Shown one piece after another: positions 45,297 through 57,199 of a stretch of DNA of 64,000 bases. The stretch is from assembly GCA_002269645.1 (NCBI GenBank), contig NIVC01003853.1, forward strand, positions 9,697 to 73,696. The letters run 5' to 3'. The position numbers and the translations under genes were made by a program. This DNA is from Macrostomum lignano. Taxonomy: Eukaryota. Position 1 is the stretch's first letter. Each line of letters begins with the position of its first letter. Below the pieces are notes generated by a model. That model was not told the origin of the DNA. It searched no databases and saw only the letters and a list, made by a program, of their open reading frames with translations.

Positions 45297-45361
<65 letters not shown>

Positions 45362-48300
45362 CCCGCGGCCGGCTTCCACGCCTTCGTAGCCTCTGCTGCT
45401 GCTGATATCTGGTTAAAGGGTGGGTGAATTTCGGTGGCCGAATACTGGGTGAATTTTTGTGACTTTGGTGAATGGTAGATGAATACTATGTGAATGCTGT
45501 GGGAATGCTGTGTGAATGCTGTATGAATACTGTATGAATGCTGTGTGAATGCTGGCTAAATACTGTGTGAATGCTGTGTGAATGCTGTGTGAATGCTGTG
45601 TGAATGCTGGCTAAATACTGTGTGAATGCTGTGTGAATGCTGTGTGAATGCTGGCTAAATACTGTGTGAATGCTGTGTGAATGCTGTGTGAATGCTGTGT
45701 GAATGCTGTGTGAATGCTGTATGAATACTGTGTGAATGCTGTGTGAATGCTGTGAGAATGCTGGGTGAATGCTGTGTGAATGCTGTGTGAATGCTGGCTA
45801 AATACTGTGTGAATGCTGTGTGAATGCTGTGTGAATGCTGTGTGAATGCTGGGTGAATCCAGGGTGTAGCACTCACTGTGCACCAAAACGCCACTGAAGT
45901 CATTGGCCGTGCCGGCCGCAAACCTCCGGACGGACTCAGTGTCGCGGCTCATTAGGAAGGCCTTCATGGTGCTAGGGTTGATGACGAATCCGGGGTCAAA
46001 GGCGGGGTTGATGACCCCGGTCAGCACGCCCGTCAGCTTGTCCACCATGCAGACGCCCATCAGCAGGATGCTGTATGTCTGAGGAGCGGGGGTGCTGTGT
46101 TTTTATTGCTGCTGTCGGGAACAGGGCAGACCTCGAGAGCAGCAAGCGGTTTACCTGGTAGGCCTCCAGCGCGAGCTTCTTGAAGCTGCGGTCCCGGTGC
46201 TTCGCCGTGAAGCCGACGCAGTAGATTTTCACCTGGATGCCAGCGCTGTAGGCGGTGCGCCAGCTGGTGCTCTTGGACCCGAGCCGCCTCCCGGCGCCCG
46301 AGTAGTCCACGAGGTCACCCGAGGCGGCGCCGCCCCCGCTGTCACCGGCGTTGCCGCTGGAAGCTGCATTGAGTTCGTCTTCTTCTGAGCTCTGGGACTC
46401 GCGATAGCTGAGCAGGTTGATGAGCAGAGTGGCCAGTCCGGGTGCCACCGAGTTGATGCCCATGAGGCCCAGCAGCACCTGGTTGTCGCACAGAACCGCA
46501 TCTGGTGGCAGCGAGCCCGGCTTGCCCTGCTTGGTGCGCCACAGCGGCAGCGCACGGAACGATTGCTGAGGGGGGGCAGTTGGTCAGGCAATGAGCTGAG
46601 GACATTGCTGTGTGTGCATGGCAGTGAGCTGCGGACATTGCTGTGTGTGCATGACAGTGAGCTGCGGACATTGCTGTGTGTGCATGACAGTGAGCCGCGG
46701 ACATTGCTGAGGGATTGCGGTTGGGTCATGCTCTTGATCTGCACAATGACTCACTTTGTGAAACATGCCCTTGATCTGCACAATGACTCACTTTGTGAAA
46801 CATGCTTTTGATCTGCACAATGACTCACTTTGTGAAACATGCTCTTGATCTGCACTATGGTGCGGCACTGGGGGGAGCAGAGCTTCAGGCCGATGGTGCG
46901 CACATAGTTGATGCGGTCCGCTTCAAAGTCCGAGTGAGCGCTGCCAGCCTCCGAGGTGAGGATGATGGCCTCGGCGGAGTTCAGCTTGCAGCCCTGGATC
47001 AGGAACTCGGCGTCGCTAGGGCTGCCGAACACCACCGTGATGCGACCGCAGAATGAGCGCAGGAACCACATGATCTGCTCGGAGACCTGGTTGCTGAGGT
47101 GTGGGAAGCGGGTGGTTGTTAAGATGTAGGAGGCGGTTGGTTGCTAGGGGTATTAGTTGCTGAATGCTCAAAGCCGATCGCAACAGTACTAATTCACAGC
47201 GCCTTAAAGAAACAAAGTCATGAACTTCTCTCTCACCTTTGCAGAAAGCAGACCCTGATAATTCCGTCAGTTGACAGAGAAATATTGTGGTAGAAGTTCC
47301 AGAAGAAGGACTTGAGCTTGTTCAGCTGAGAGGAGCCGCAGTAGATGATGTGCCTGGAGTCAAAGTGGGAATATTCTCAAGTACTGTGACAATCGGTTGA
47401 AAAATCAGGTCGCTAACAGGCGCCGCTCACCCCTCGCTGGCTCCCGTGTAAAATGACCGATTGCCGAAGTTTTGCGGCACCGAGCACACGGCGTAGATGT
47501 CCGGGATAATTGACGCGAAAAATGTCTGCGAACGGGCAATGGATGAAACTAGTTTGTGTGGCTTTACGAGATGCTGAGTGGTGGTTGCTGAGGTGTGGGA
47601 GGCGGGTGGTTGCTGAGGTGTGGGAGGCGGGTGGTTGCTGAGGTGTGGGAGGCGGGTGGTTGCTGAGGTGTGGGAGGCGGATGGCCTCTGTTGACCTGCA
47701 CTGCTGTGGGGCTGTGCTGTGCTGTGGGCTGTGTTGTAGGGTTGTGTTGTAGGGTTGTGTTGTAGGGTTGTGTTGTAGGGTTGTGTTGTAGGGTTGTGTT
47801 GTAGAGTTGTGTTGTAGGGTTGTGTTGTAGGGTTGTGTTGTAGGGTTGTGTTGTAGGGTTGTGCTGTGGGCTGTGTTGTAGGGTTGTGTTGTAGGGTTGT
47901 GCTGTGGGCTGTGTTGTAGGGTTGTGTTGTAGGGTTGTGTTGTAGGGTTGTGTTGTAGGGTTGTGTTGTAGGGTTGTGCTGTGGGCTGTGTTGTAGGGTT
48001 GTGTTGTAGGGTTGTGTTGTAGGGTTGTGTTGTAGGGTTGTGTTGTAGGGTTGTGTTGTAGGGTTGTGTTGTAGGGTGTGTTGTAGGGTTGTGTTGTAGG
48101 GTTGTGTTGTGGGGCTGTGTTGTCGGGCTGTGTTGTAGACTGTGCTGAGGACTGTGCTGTGGGGCTGTGTGTGCTGTGGGGCTGTGTGCGCTGTGGGTTG
48201 TGCTGTGGGCTGTGCTCTGGGGCTGTGTGTGCTGTGGGCTGTGCCGTTGGACTGTGTGTGCTGTGGGGCTGTGCTGTGGGCTGTGCTGGAGGCAGGTGAC

Positions 48301-50526
48301 TGCTGTCAAACTCACCACAGCGAGAGCGACAAAGAAGATGAGCACCCCTTTGGTGTAATTGTTGCTGGGGGTGATGTCACCGAAGCCCACGCTGCTGGCC
48401 GTGACCAGCAGGAAGTACAGGCTGGTGAAGAAGCTCATGCCGCCAATGTGACCCTCGGGGCTCTCCGGGCAGAATTTCCAGCCATCCAATTTGAAGCCGG
48501 TCATGTTCTCCGTCTGAAATTCAATTGCGATCGGAAACTTTGAGTGCGGACAGACAGGCAATGCGCTCCAGCGGCCCGGAGATTGCGGGCTTGGAATCCA
48601 GTCTGATTAGTTGGACTGGCAGGCAGGGTGGTGTGGGCTGGCAGGTGTGGGCTGGCAGGTGTGGGCTGGCAGGTGTGGGCTGGCAGGTGTGGGCTGGCAT
48701 GTGTGGGCTGGCAGGTGTGGGCTGGCAGGTGTGAGCCGGCAGGTGTGGGCTGGCAGGTGTGGGCTGGCAGGTGTGGGCTGGCAGGTGTGGGCTGGCAGGT
48801 GTGGGCTGGCAGGTGTGGGCTGGCAGGTGTGGGCTGGCAGGTGTGGGCTGGCAGGTGTGGGCTGGCAGGTGTGGGCTGGCAGGTGTGGGCTGGCAGGTGT
48901 GGGCTGGCAGGTGTGGGCTGGCAGGTGTGGGTCCCAGCTAAATGCGGCAGTTCAGCTTCCCACCTGGTAGACGATCCCGGCGAAGACGAACCAGAAGCAG
49001 ATGATGTTGATGGTGATGTTGACCAGCGTCTTCATCTGTGAGCGGCGCACGATCCCAACAACGAACAGAAGGTCTTTGAGGCAGTTGAGGCGCAACGCTC
49101 GGAGGAAGCTGAACACTGCGGAGTGGGTCGAGGGGGGGGCAAAATGGACGTCGGCGTGCGGACAGCATGGCGAGAGGGCAGCAGGTCAAGCACTCACTGA
49201 GCTGCTTCTGCTCTCCCACGATGGCGGCGAGAGCGGGCCCGATGGTCAGCACCTCCATCCACGTGCTGGAGCTCACGATAAAACTCCTCTTGTCATTCGT
49301 GCCGATGAACTGTTGAATTTTATTGGAATGCACCGATTGTCTGCAGTTCTTGCCTCTACCCTCCTCTCATCTCATCTCCTCTCATCTCATCTCATCTCCT
49401 CCTCTCTCATCTCATCTCATCTCATCTCATCTCATCTCATCTCATCTCATCTCATCTCATCTCATCTCATCTCATCTCATCTCATCTCATCTCATCTCAT
49501 CTCATCTCATCTCATCTCCTTTCCTCTACTCACTTCTCTTCTGCTTTGCCCTCTCATCCTACTCTCTTCTACTTTTCTTAAGAGTGTTTCAGACGGGCCT
49601 CACCCTAATGATGAAGAAGATAACAAAGTAAATGTTTAGTCCCAAGTCTATGTACACCAAGATGTCGTCCACTTGATTTTTCTTGAACACAACCTGTCTC
49701 GGGTGCCTGCAATGTATTGTTTGAAATAATGCTGTAAAGTTACTAAAGAAAAGGACTTAAGGTGAGTAAAAATGTCATTTTGACGAGTCACTGGTTTGCG
49801 CCTGACAGCTCAGCAACTGCTGCCCGCCCTCACATCACAGTGTGCGCTACAAAGAAGCCGAATGACGCAAGGCTGAAGAAACTCCACAAGGCGCTCTGAA
49901 ATTTTGCAAGGAAAGTACATTTAGCACCCACTCGGTACAGATTACCCAGCATCAGCTCACCGATGCACTCAGCATCAACTCACACAGACACTCAGCATCA
50001 GCTCATCCAGACACTCAGCATCAGCTCACACAGACACTCAGCATCAGCTCACACAGACACTCAGCATCAGCTCACACAGACACTCACATCAGCTCATCCA
50101 GACACTCAGCATCAGCTCATCCAGACACTCAGCATCAGCTCACACAGACACTCACATCAGCTCATCCAGACACAAAGTTCCAGACAATCCTGGATTCTGG
50201 ACCTCACCATCGCTTTGCCCCACATCGCCCAGTTGTTGGTGGCGATCTCGCACAGGTCGCGGATCTGCAGGAACACGGGAAACCGGACCAGCTGCCGGCG
50301 GAAGAAGTTGGTGGAGCAGAGGAGGTTGACGCTGAAGATGAGCACCAGGAGGCCCGCGGTGCCGCAGATGCCAATGGCCTCCTTCATGAGATGAAGGCAG
50401 CTGAGGGAAGCAATGAGAAGTTTTTGCACCCCATCAGTTTGAATATAAAAACTCGCAACTGCCTTCATGATTACCCAGAACAGGAATGGCCTCAGCCGGG
50501 ACTTACAGAGTTTTATCGTCATCCAT
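42377..50526 (-). CDS. slo-like (KCNMA1 family): Slo/BK-family (KCNMA1/Slo1/Slo3-like) K+ channel alpha subunit, 17 exons, with two apparent frame lesions
   Basis: Exons 50526-507, 50400-208, 49895-834, 49706-604, 49309-198, 49115-48964, 48513-316, 47525-431, 47383-237, 47093-46829, 46565-155, 46078-45877, 45408-157, 45060-44996, 44658-43649, 43344-171, 42577-377. S4 FLRALRL, pore SSVGFGD, FASIIPDI, RCK1 RHIIYCG, RCK2 GTLHW...GHTLVAIIG...LPLR...HEWRGIRNFP, C-terminal CLGVYR and poly-Q tail all match the BK layout. Confidence 0.9.
42705..43135. repeat. 20-bp intronic minisatellite (tgcctaccacaaatctacat)
   Basis: About 21 copies in the last Slo intron. Confidence 0.95.
43350..43590. repeat. 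33-bp intronic minisatellite (accggaagtgattcaagctaccctatactgcaa)
   Basis: About 7 copies abutting a splice acceptor. Confidence 0.9.
44738..44937. repeat. 40-bp intronic minisatellite (ctagcctatcatgggtgcaggaatagaatggattgctaat x5)
   Basis: Perfect copies. Confidence 0.95.
45480..45860. repeat. 10-bp intronic repeat (gaatgctgtgt variants)
   Basis: Degenerate array. Confidence 0.9.
46590..46860. repeat. 30-bp repeat (46590-46710) plus 37-bp triplication of an exon end and splice donor (46730-46860)
   Basis: Read directly from the sequence. Confidence 0.85.
47575..48290. repeat. 25-bp repeat (47575-47685) and 13-bp (tgtgttgtagggt)n array (47700-48290)
   Basis: Read directly; intron between the pore exon and the S6 exon. 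Confidence 0.92.
48620..48930. repeat. 14-bp intronic repeat (gggctggcaggtgt)n
   Basis: About 22 near-perfect copies. Confidence 0.95.
49365..49520. repeat. (TCTCA)n microsatellite
   Basis: Read directly. Confidence 0.95.
49950..50172. repeat. 23-bp intronic repeat (cagcatcagctcacacagacact)
   Basis: About 9 copies. Confidence 0.9.
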
Positions 50527-50744
50527 GATGAGCTTTGAATATTTAACGGCTCGTCTCGGTAGATTTAAAATTGTTCCCTAGAGCTGAAAATCCTCGTGTC
50601 CCTAGTGCTTCTGGATTTCTGGTTCCTGCCGAATGTTCGATTACTCTATAAAGCTGCTTTGCTGTCTATGGTCTTGCGCCGATTTAGCGACCCGAACACG
50701 GCTGCATTCTGAGCTGAACACAAAGCGCAATGTAATGAGTTTTA

Positions 50745-50920
<176 letters not shown>

Positions 50921-51454
50921 TGTTATGTCCTCTTCTTCTGCTTCTATACCGACTATTGCCTCCAGGCTACCATCTGACATCAAAGTCAAGTCGAAGAAGC
51001 ATTATTTAAAATACGAGCTGTTCACAAGCTTTATTTGCCTCTAGCCGGCGCACGTCTTGCTTGCCCTTTGTAATACTGTTAGCCTTCTGAAAAACCTACG
51101 CCCTAAAATTTTCCCCAGAAAGGAGATTTCCCGTCCTTCTACTTTGAGTAGCCCTTGCTTAGAGCATGCTCACTTTCCAATAGATGAATAGGAAGCATTG
51201 AACCAATAAGGAAGGCGGGCAAGGGACTCATGTTACAAATGTACTTTCCGGAGCTGTCATGTATATAAATAAAGTTTCATTTTATAGTACGCAAAAGCGG
51301 CACTATCCGCATATATACATGGCGTTTTTGTGTGCAACATTGCCACGGATTTCCCGCGGAAATTCCGTCTATTTTTAACATAAAGCTCTGCGCGCTGCAA
51401 AGCAAAGCAAAACTTCTACTGCATCAGACCCAGTTTTTTAGATTCGCCTTTAAA

Positions 51455-52105
51455 ATGCCGGAAATCTACCAGCGCTGGAACGGGTCCAGGGACAAAGGAA
51501 ACCTGGAATTTTGGCGAAGCGAGGAGTTCCGCAACGAATACGCAAGATTTGAGATGGTCAAGAAGAAAGAAATCGTGTACAGCCTCATCAGGAAGAAGAT
51601 GCATGCCGCCATCATGTCCTCTGACAGGACCAGCTACCGGGTGCTGTCGCTGGGCTGCGGTCCCGGCTCCGACTTGCTGGCGGCCATGCAGGTCTCCCAG
51701 TCCGTGTGCCTCATGGAGGAATTGGAGCCCCTGACCGTCAAGGTCACGGGAGTTGACCGCTATGAGTGGTCGCTGGACAGCTTCAGCGCTAAGACAGACG
51801 CCATCGAAAGGCGGGGACCGATCGAGAACTTCCGAGATAAATTTTACTTCTGCAGCATGCAGCGGTATTTTGAATTCGCTCGCAGAAGTGGAAAGCGATT
51901 CGACTTCATCATTTTGAGCTTCGCTGAAGTGAAGAAGAAGCTGGAATTCGTCTCCAACCGCCTGCCTGAGCTGCTCCGAGATGAAGCCAGCAGGATCTTC
52001 GTGATCGACAACAACATCGAGCCCGTGAGACAGCTGAAACGCTGCGGATTCGAACAGATTGGAACTTTGGCCGGAAAGACAATCTGTTTGATGGGCCAGC
52101 AGTGA
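51455..52105 (+). CDS. Intronless class I SAM-dependent methyltransferase-like protein (~216 aa)
   Basis: RDKGNLEFW, VLSLGCGPGSDL, VTGVD, FDFIILSFAEVK, IFVIDNN; paralogue of 56121-56780 and of the MTase domain at 16918-17794. Confidence 0.85.
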   Translation: MPEIYQRWNGSRDKGNLEFWRSEEFRNEYARFEMVKKKEIVYSLIRKKMHAAIMSSDRTSYRVLSLGCGPGSDLLAAMQVSQSVCLMEELEPLTVKVTGVDRYEWSLDSFSAKTDAIERRGPIENFRDKFYFCSMQRYFEFARRSGKRFDFIILSFAEVKKKLEFVSNRLPELLRDEASRIFVIDNNIEPVRQLKRCGFEQIGTLAGKTICLMGQQ

Positions 52106-53089
52106 TCGAGCTGGCTGAGGTGAGGGACACCGCGATCGGAGGCGTCGCAGTTAGCGTTGTTAATCTGCAAGCGGCTTATTTTGTTTTGAAGTTACTATTT
52201 TGTATTATAGGCAGGTGGCTATATGCGACATTGTCACATTGCTGCCCATTTCGCCGGCTCCCCTAAACAGGCACACAAGCGCAAGGATACGTACGCAATC
52301 ATTCGCAAGCGGTCCCAACTTTATCGTTTGGCATATAACACTATAGGGTTGGCCCTCAATAGCGTCAATTGCACGAGCAGAGCCAAGATGCGATTCCAGT
52401 TTAGTCCCAAATTAATGTGACTGCACTGGGAATCGAGCCTGGGCCGCTGGCTTTAGGGAGGCTGCGGTCCCTGTTTTGAAGTTAGTACACAGTTTGTGAG
52501 GGCAGAGTTCTGAAGCCTTTTTCTGCGAAGCGAATTTTCTAACTTGTGAAGCTTCATGTATGTGAAATTGGTTGCTAAAGCTTTTTCTTGGTTTGTGAAA
52601 TTTTTACGACCGGCTTGTGAAGCGACTCTCTATTTTTAGCCACAGCTGCTCTAAAGGCTCGTTCACACCGCCATCAAATAATACCAAATTTCGTGTGATC
52701 ACAAAACTTGTACACTAAATTTGGTTCCTTTGTACATTGTTCGTGTGCTTTGGCGGCTAATTTGAAGGCAGTGTGAATGAGGCTTCAGCCCCTGCAGATC
52801 TCAGCAAATTGGGGGAAGGAATATCTAGTTGGTTCCATGTTGGTTGATTCTCGGAACTTGCAAAAACTGAAAAGCTGTTCTATTTTTAGTACCACTGCAC
52901 GGTCTGTGAGGCAGGAATCGATACCACCAGTATAGCGCTGGCCAGCTTTGTCAGCCAGCCAGTCAAGCAAAGTAAAAATATCAGTACAGTTGCGCTACTA
53001 ACTGCTCACGTACTGACTCAGTTCATTCTCAGATTCATGACTTAAAAACGTGATACGAGCCGTACTGAATTTCAGAGCTTCAACTCATG

Positions 53090-53520
53090 AAGTTTCGGTC
53101 TCATGAGGTTTCGGTCTCACGATGTTTAGGTCTCATGAAGTTTAGGTCTCATGAAGTTTAGGTCTCATGAAGTTTAGGTCTCATGAAGTTTAGGTCTCAT
53201 GAAGTTTCGGTCTCATGAAGTAGTTAGGTCTTATGAAGTTTAGGTCTCATGAAGTTTAGGTCTCATGAAGTTTAGGTCTCATGAAGTTTGGGTCTCATGA
53301 AGTTTAGGTCTCTTGAAGTTTAGGTCTCATGAAGTTTAGGTCTCATGAAGTTTAGATCTCATGAAGTTTAGGTCTCATGAAGTTTCGGTCTCATGAAGTT
53401 TAGGTCTCATGAAGTTTAGGTCTCATGAAGTTTAGGTCGCATGAAGTTTAGGTCTCATAAAGTAGTTAGGTCTCATGAAGTTTGGGTCTCTTGAAGTTTA
53501 GGTCTTGTGAAGTTAGGTCT
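53090..53520. repeat. 16-bp minisatellite (ctcatgaagtttaggt)
   Basis: About 26 copies. Confidence 0.95.
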
Positions 53521-54109
53521 TACTTAGGACTTACGGCTATGAGCTTTTGTAAGCTCGCGTTACTGCTCACATGGTCATTTTGGATAAACTTTTCTTCACA
53601 CAATGCTGTGTTTCTATTTAGTCTCACCTTGGCTCAATGCACACAGCACGAACTATCGGCTCAAGTCAGCTTTACTACTCAACCTCACACAACTGTCTAA
53701 TTTAAAACAAACACATTTAACTTCACGACAAAGACTGCCATCAGCATAGGCATCCTGTTTATATCTTGATTCAAGAAAAACTTCGGGAATGCCGATCTGA
53801 TTGAGAAGCCATGCTGCTGTTGGGGGGAAGTTGACTACAGAATCAAAAGACACAGACAGCCTTTGGACTCTTGGAGACTGCCATGGACTTACAGAAAGCC
53901 TCTTCTGTGATTGCCTGACAGGTCCTGGTAGAATCGCCCCGGAGATTCATTTTGAGATTTATGGGTTGTTGCCAATGAAAAAACTAGCTTTAAAAGATAA
54001 ATTGAAAACATAACTGGCCTGGGAGTCGATGAGGGGGGTGTTTGTGAGAAGCCGTGTGGGAGTGTGGAAAGTTGCATGGGAAACAGTGTGGGAAGCCATA
54101 TGAGAAGCA

Positions 54110-54620
54110 ATGTGGGAAGCAGTCTGGAAGCAGTCTGGAAGCAGTCTGGAAGCAGTCTGGAAGCAATCTGGAAGCAATTTTGAAGCAGTCTAGAAGCAGT
54201 TTGAAAGCAGTCTGGAAGCAGTCTGAAAGCAATTTGGAAGCAGTCTAGAAGCAATCTGGAAGCAGACTTGAAGCAGTATGGACAGCAATTTTGAAGCAGT
54301 CTAGAAGCAGTTTGAAAGCAGTCTGGAAGCAATCTGGAAGCAGTCTGAAAGCAGTCTGGAAGCAGTCTGAAAGCAATTTGGAAGCAGTCTAGAAGCAATC
54401 TGGAAGCAGACTTGAAGCAGTATGGACAGCAATTTTGAAGCAGTCTAGAAGCAGTTTGAAAGCAGTCTGGAAGCAATCTGGAAGCAGTCTGAAAGCAATT
54501 TGGATGCAGTTTAGAAGCAGTTTGAAAGCAGTCTGGAAGCAATCTGGAAGCAGTCTGAAAGCAATTTGGAAGCAATCTGGAAGCAGTCTGAAAGCAATTT
54601 GGAAGCAATTTGGAAGCAGT
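54110..54620. repeat. 11-bp degenerate repeat (ggaagcagtct)
   Basis: Higher-order duplication is visible. Confidence 0.9.
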
Positions 54621-55053
54621 GCGGGAACGACTCTGCATATCTGTAGAAATTAAGAAAGTAGTTGCGAATTCCTCTTTTGCTAAACTGCATACCGAAAGCC
54701 AATTACGAGCTCACAGTTAAAATAATAAAAAACACAAGTACTCAGTAATCGAGTAATTCCAGGTAAAAATTCCGGCTCAAACAGGCGTAGCACTTTCGAA
54801 ATCTGATTCTTTTTTATAATTATCAAATTGTGAAACCATTTACTTTAATTAATCAAGAGACCGCCATGGTAATTTTTTCTTAGATTTTTTAGTCTAAGAA
54901 TATTTGCTATTTGCTTGGCTTACAAATCATGTGACACAAAGACATGTCGAACTTTTACGCAATCAAAACATGATAAAGATTGTGCGCTTTTTTTATTTTC
55001 TGTAATTGTTTTCCTGTTTGAATAATTTGCGCATAAAGTTCCTGCACGCGAGT

Positions 55054-55489
55054 GAATTACTGGATGGGCCACTCAAGCTAGCACATATACTGATATACAT
55101 GTACTTAGTAAAACAGCTTTCTACTTTCAGTTCAGTAGCAATGAAGAATGCACAAGCTATTTTATAAAAATAAAGGCAGCTGAAATGACTTTGATAAGTT
55201 TAGAAGCCAAGCTTGCAGACGTAAACAGCTTGCTAATTGGTCCAGCCATAATGTACATTGGCCACTGAAATGTACAAGGCAGATTTAGGCTGGAACAACC
55301 GAGGAAGGTAATAAAAGTTGGCGGCTGGGCAGGGGTAGAGGTTCTGTGTGGTGTTTGAGGGTTTAAGCTTGGGGAGGGGGGTTAGAACCACCTTGTCTTT
55401 AAAAATACATTAAAATGCTTTAGTCTAACTTACTACTGAACTGAAAGTAGCTTGCACGCAAATGTGCTGAGTAGCCCATCTAGTTATTC
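55054..55489. mobile_element. MITE-like element with imperfect TIRs
   Basis: gaattactggatgggccact / agtagcccatctagttattc, plus inverted ctactttcagttcagtag / ctactgaactgaaagtag. Confidence 0.6.
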
Positions 55490-56120
55490 TAGTGTCTGTG
55501 GTGCGCCATGGATGAAGGAATAACATTCCGCAGCGCGCAGTCAGAAGCGATCGATAAATTTGGGATGGAGGGGGAAGAAATGAGGTTGCTTGCTTCACTT
55601 AAACGGCGGCAGGGTCAGCAGGAATGTACATTATACTAGCCTGCATGGGGTGGTTGACTTGCGAGGGGACGAGAAACAACTTTGGGGGTGGAGTAGCGGG
55701 TGTACATTGACTTCAGTCTATCGCACACTGCGAACTTATCTCCTAAGACCCCCAAGTGCTTATCCCAAGTGTTTATATGTTCTGATCTGCCTGCAACTGA
55801 AAGTACTTTTATTTATTTAGCAATCACAATAACAAACTTTGAAAAACGTTACTGCTTTTTTGACTCATCATTAGTGGTCAACCCAAAATAATGTAAGTAA
55901 AATTTAGTCGACTTGATAAAAAATAACTACAGTAGTTAGGCAACATCTATGCACGCTAATGTGCTTTAGACTGGCACGGACCGCCTGACTGTGACCCTAC
56001 CTTCAATGGAAAATTCTGGATCCGCCAAACATACTGGATCAACATTAAAAGACAATGAATGAAGTTCGTTAACTAATCCTCACTGTACTTAATCAGATGA
56101 AGCTCCAGTATTGAACAGCT

Positions 56121-56780
56121 CTAGTAAGACAGAAACAAAGCGTTGGTTCTGGCTCTGCAGTTGACTAAGCAGAAGCCAAACTGCTCAAGCTGCCGCACCT
56201 GCCAGATGTTGTTGTCGATGACGAATATGCGGCTGTACTCGTCTCGAAGCAGCCGGGGCAGCAGCTGCCCAACCAGACCGATTCTGCGCTTTACTTCGGC
56301 GAAGGTCAGGATGATCAGGTCAAAGCTGGCGCCGGCGTCCAGACTGTAAGCTACGAAGTCCTCCATGCTGCAGTTGAAGTGGAACTTCTCCGGAAAGAAC
56401 CTGATCGGCCCCTGCGCCACCAGAGCCGAGCGCTGAGCCCTGTACTCGTACAGCGGCCAGGGGTACAGGTCCACTCGACCCGTCACCTCGACGTTGAGCT
56501 TCCAGTTGTTCACTTGGCAGTTGGTCTGGAAGACGTCCATGACAGCGAGGAGGTCGCTGCCGGGCCCACAGCCCAGAGACAGGACTCGGTAGTTTGTCTG
56601 GCTAGTGCTATTAATTACATTAGTCAATTCTTCTTTGACGAAGCACCGCACTAGTGCTCTGTTCTTTATAAGCTGACAGGCGGTATACTCCTTCCGGAAC
56701 TGACGGCTGTGAAAGTAGGCCAGGTTTCCCTTATCCTTGGACTCGTACCAATGAGTATAGCTGTCGTAGACGCTGGCCAT
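56121..56780 (-). CDS. Intronless class I SAM-dependent methyltransferase-like protein (219 aa)
   Basis: SKDKGNLAYF, VLSLGCGPGSDL, VTGRVD, FDLIILTFAEVK, IFVIDNN. Confidence 0.85.
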   Translation of the reverse strand: MASVYDSYTHWYESKDKGNLAYFHSRQFRKEYTACQLIKNRALVRCFVKEELTNVINSTSQTNYRVLSLGCGPGSDLLAVMDVFQTNCQVNNWKLNVEVTGRVDLYPWPLYEYRAQRSALVAQGPIRFFPEKFHFNCSMEDFVAYSLDAGASFDLIILTFAEVKRRIGLVGQLLPRLLRDEYSRIFVIDNNIWQVRQLEQFGFCLVNCRARTNALFLSY

Positions 56781-57199
56781 TGCTTAGAAGATTGCTGTTA
56801 CAAGTTGTGGTATTGGATGGATAGCCTATAACTCTCCCTACAAGGGATGGCCTCTTTTAACTGCGAGAGAGATGAGTGCAAGTGTACAAAGTCAATTGAA
56901 TCGGAATGTACAGTGCGCTCATTTTGCAATATCATCTGTACTTACTGCATTCCAGTGATAAAAAAGTACACACATTTGACACTGCACTTGCACGTATGGC
57001 ATCAAAAGCAGCCCCCCAATATTAATTACTAATACACTAATTACTCAGCACTCCTCTTCCCGCCTGCAGGGTTGTGTTAGCCATAAAATGCATTGAATTA
57101 ATTGAATAAATTATCACGTTATGGGCAATGGGAGTTATGGGAGCGTGGCATGGGTATATTTTAAGAGTTAAGGTATGCATACGATATATAGCGTACTGT

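Noticed and set aside
43593-45405. Overlapping GC-rich ORFs on alternative frames and the plus strand (e.g. 44024-44728, 45051-45405)
   Set aside because: Shadow ORFs of GC3-rich Slo exons and the GCC tract.
47700-48110. Telomere-like array
   Set aside because: The unit is 13 bp (tgtgttgtagggt), not TTAGGG, and lies inside an intron.
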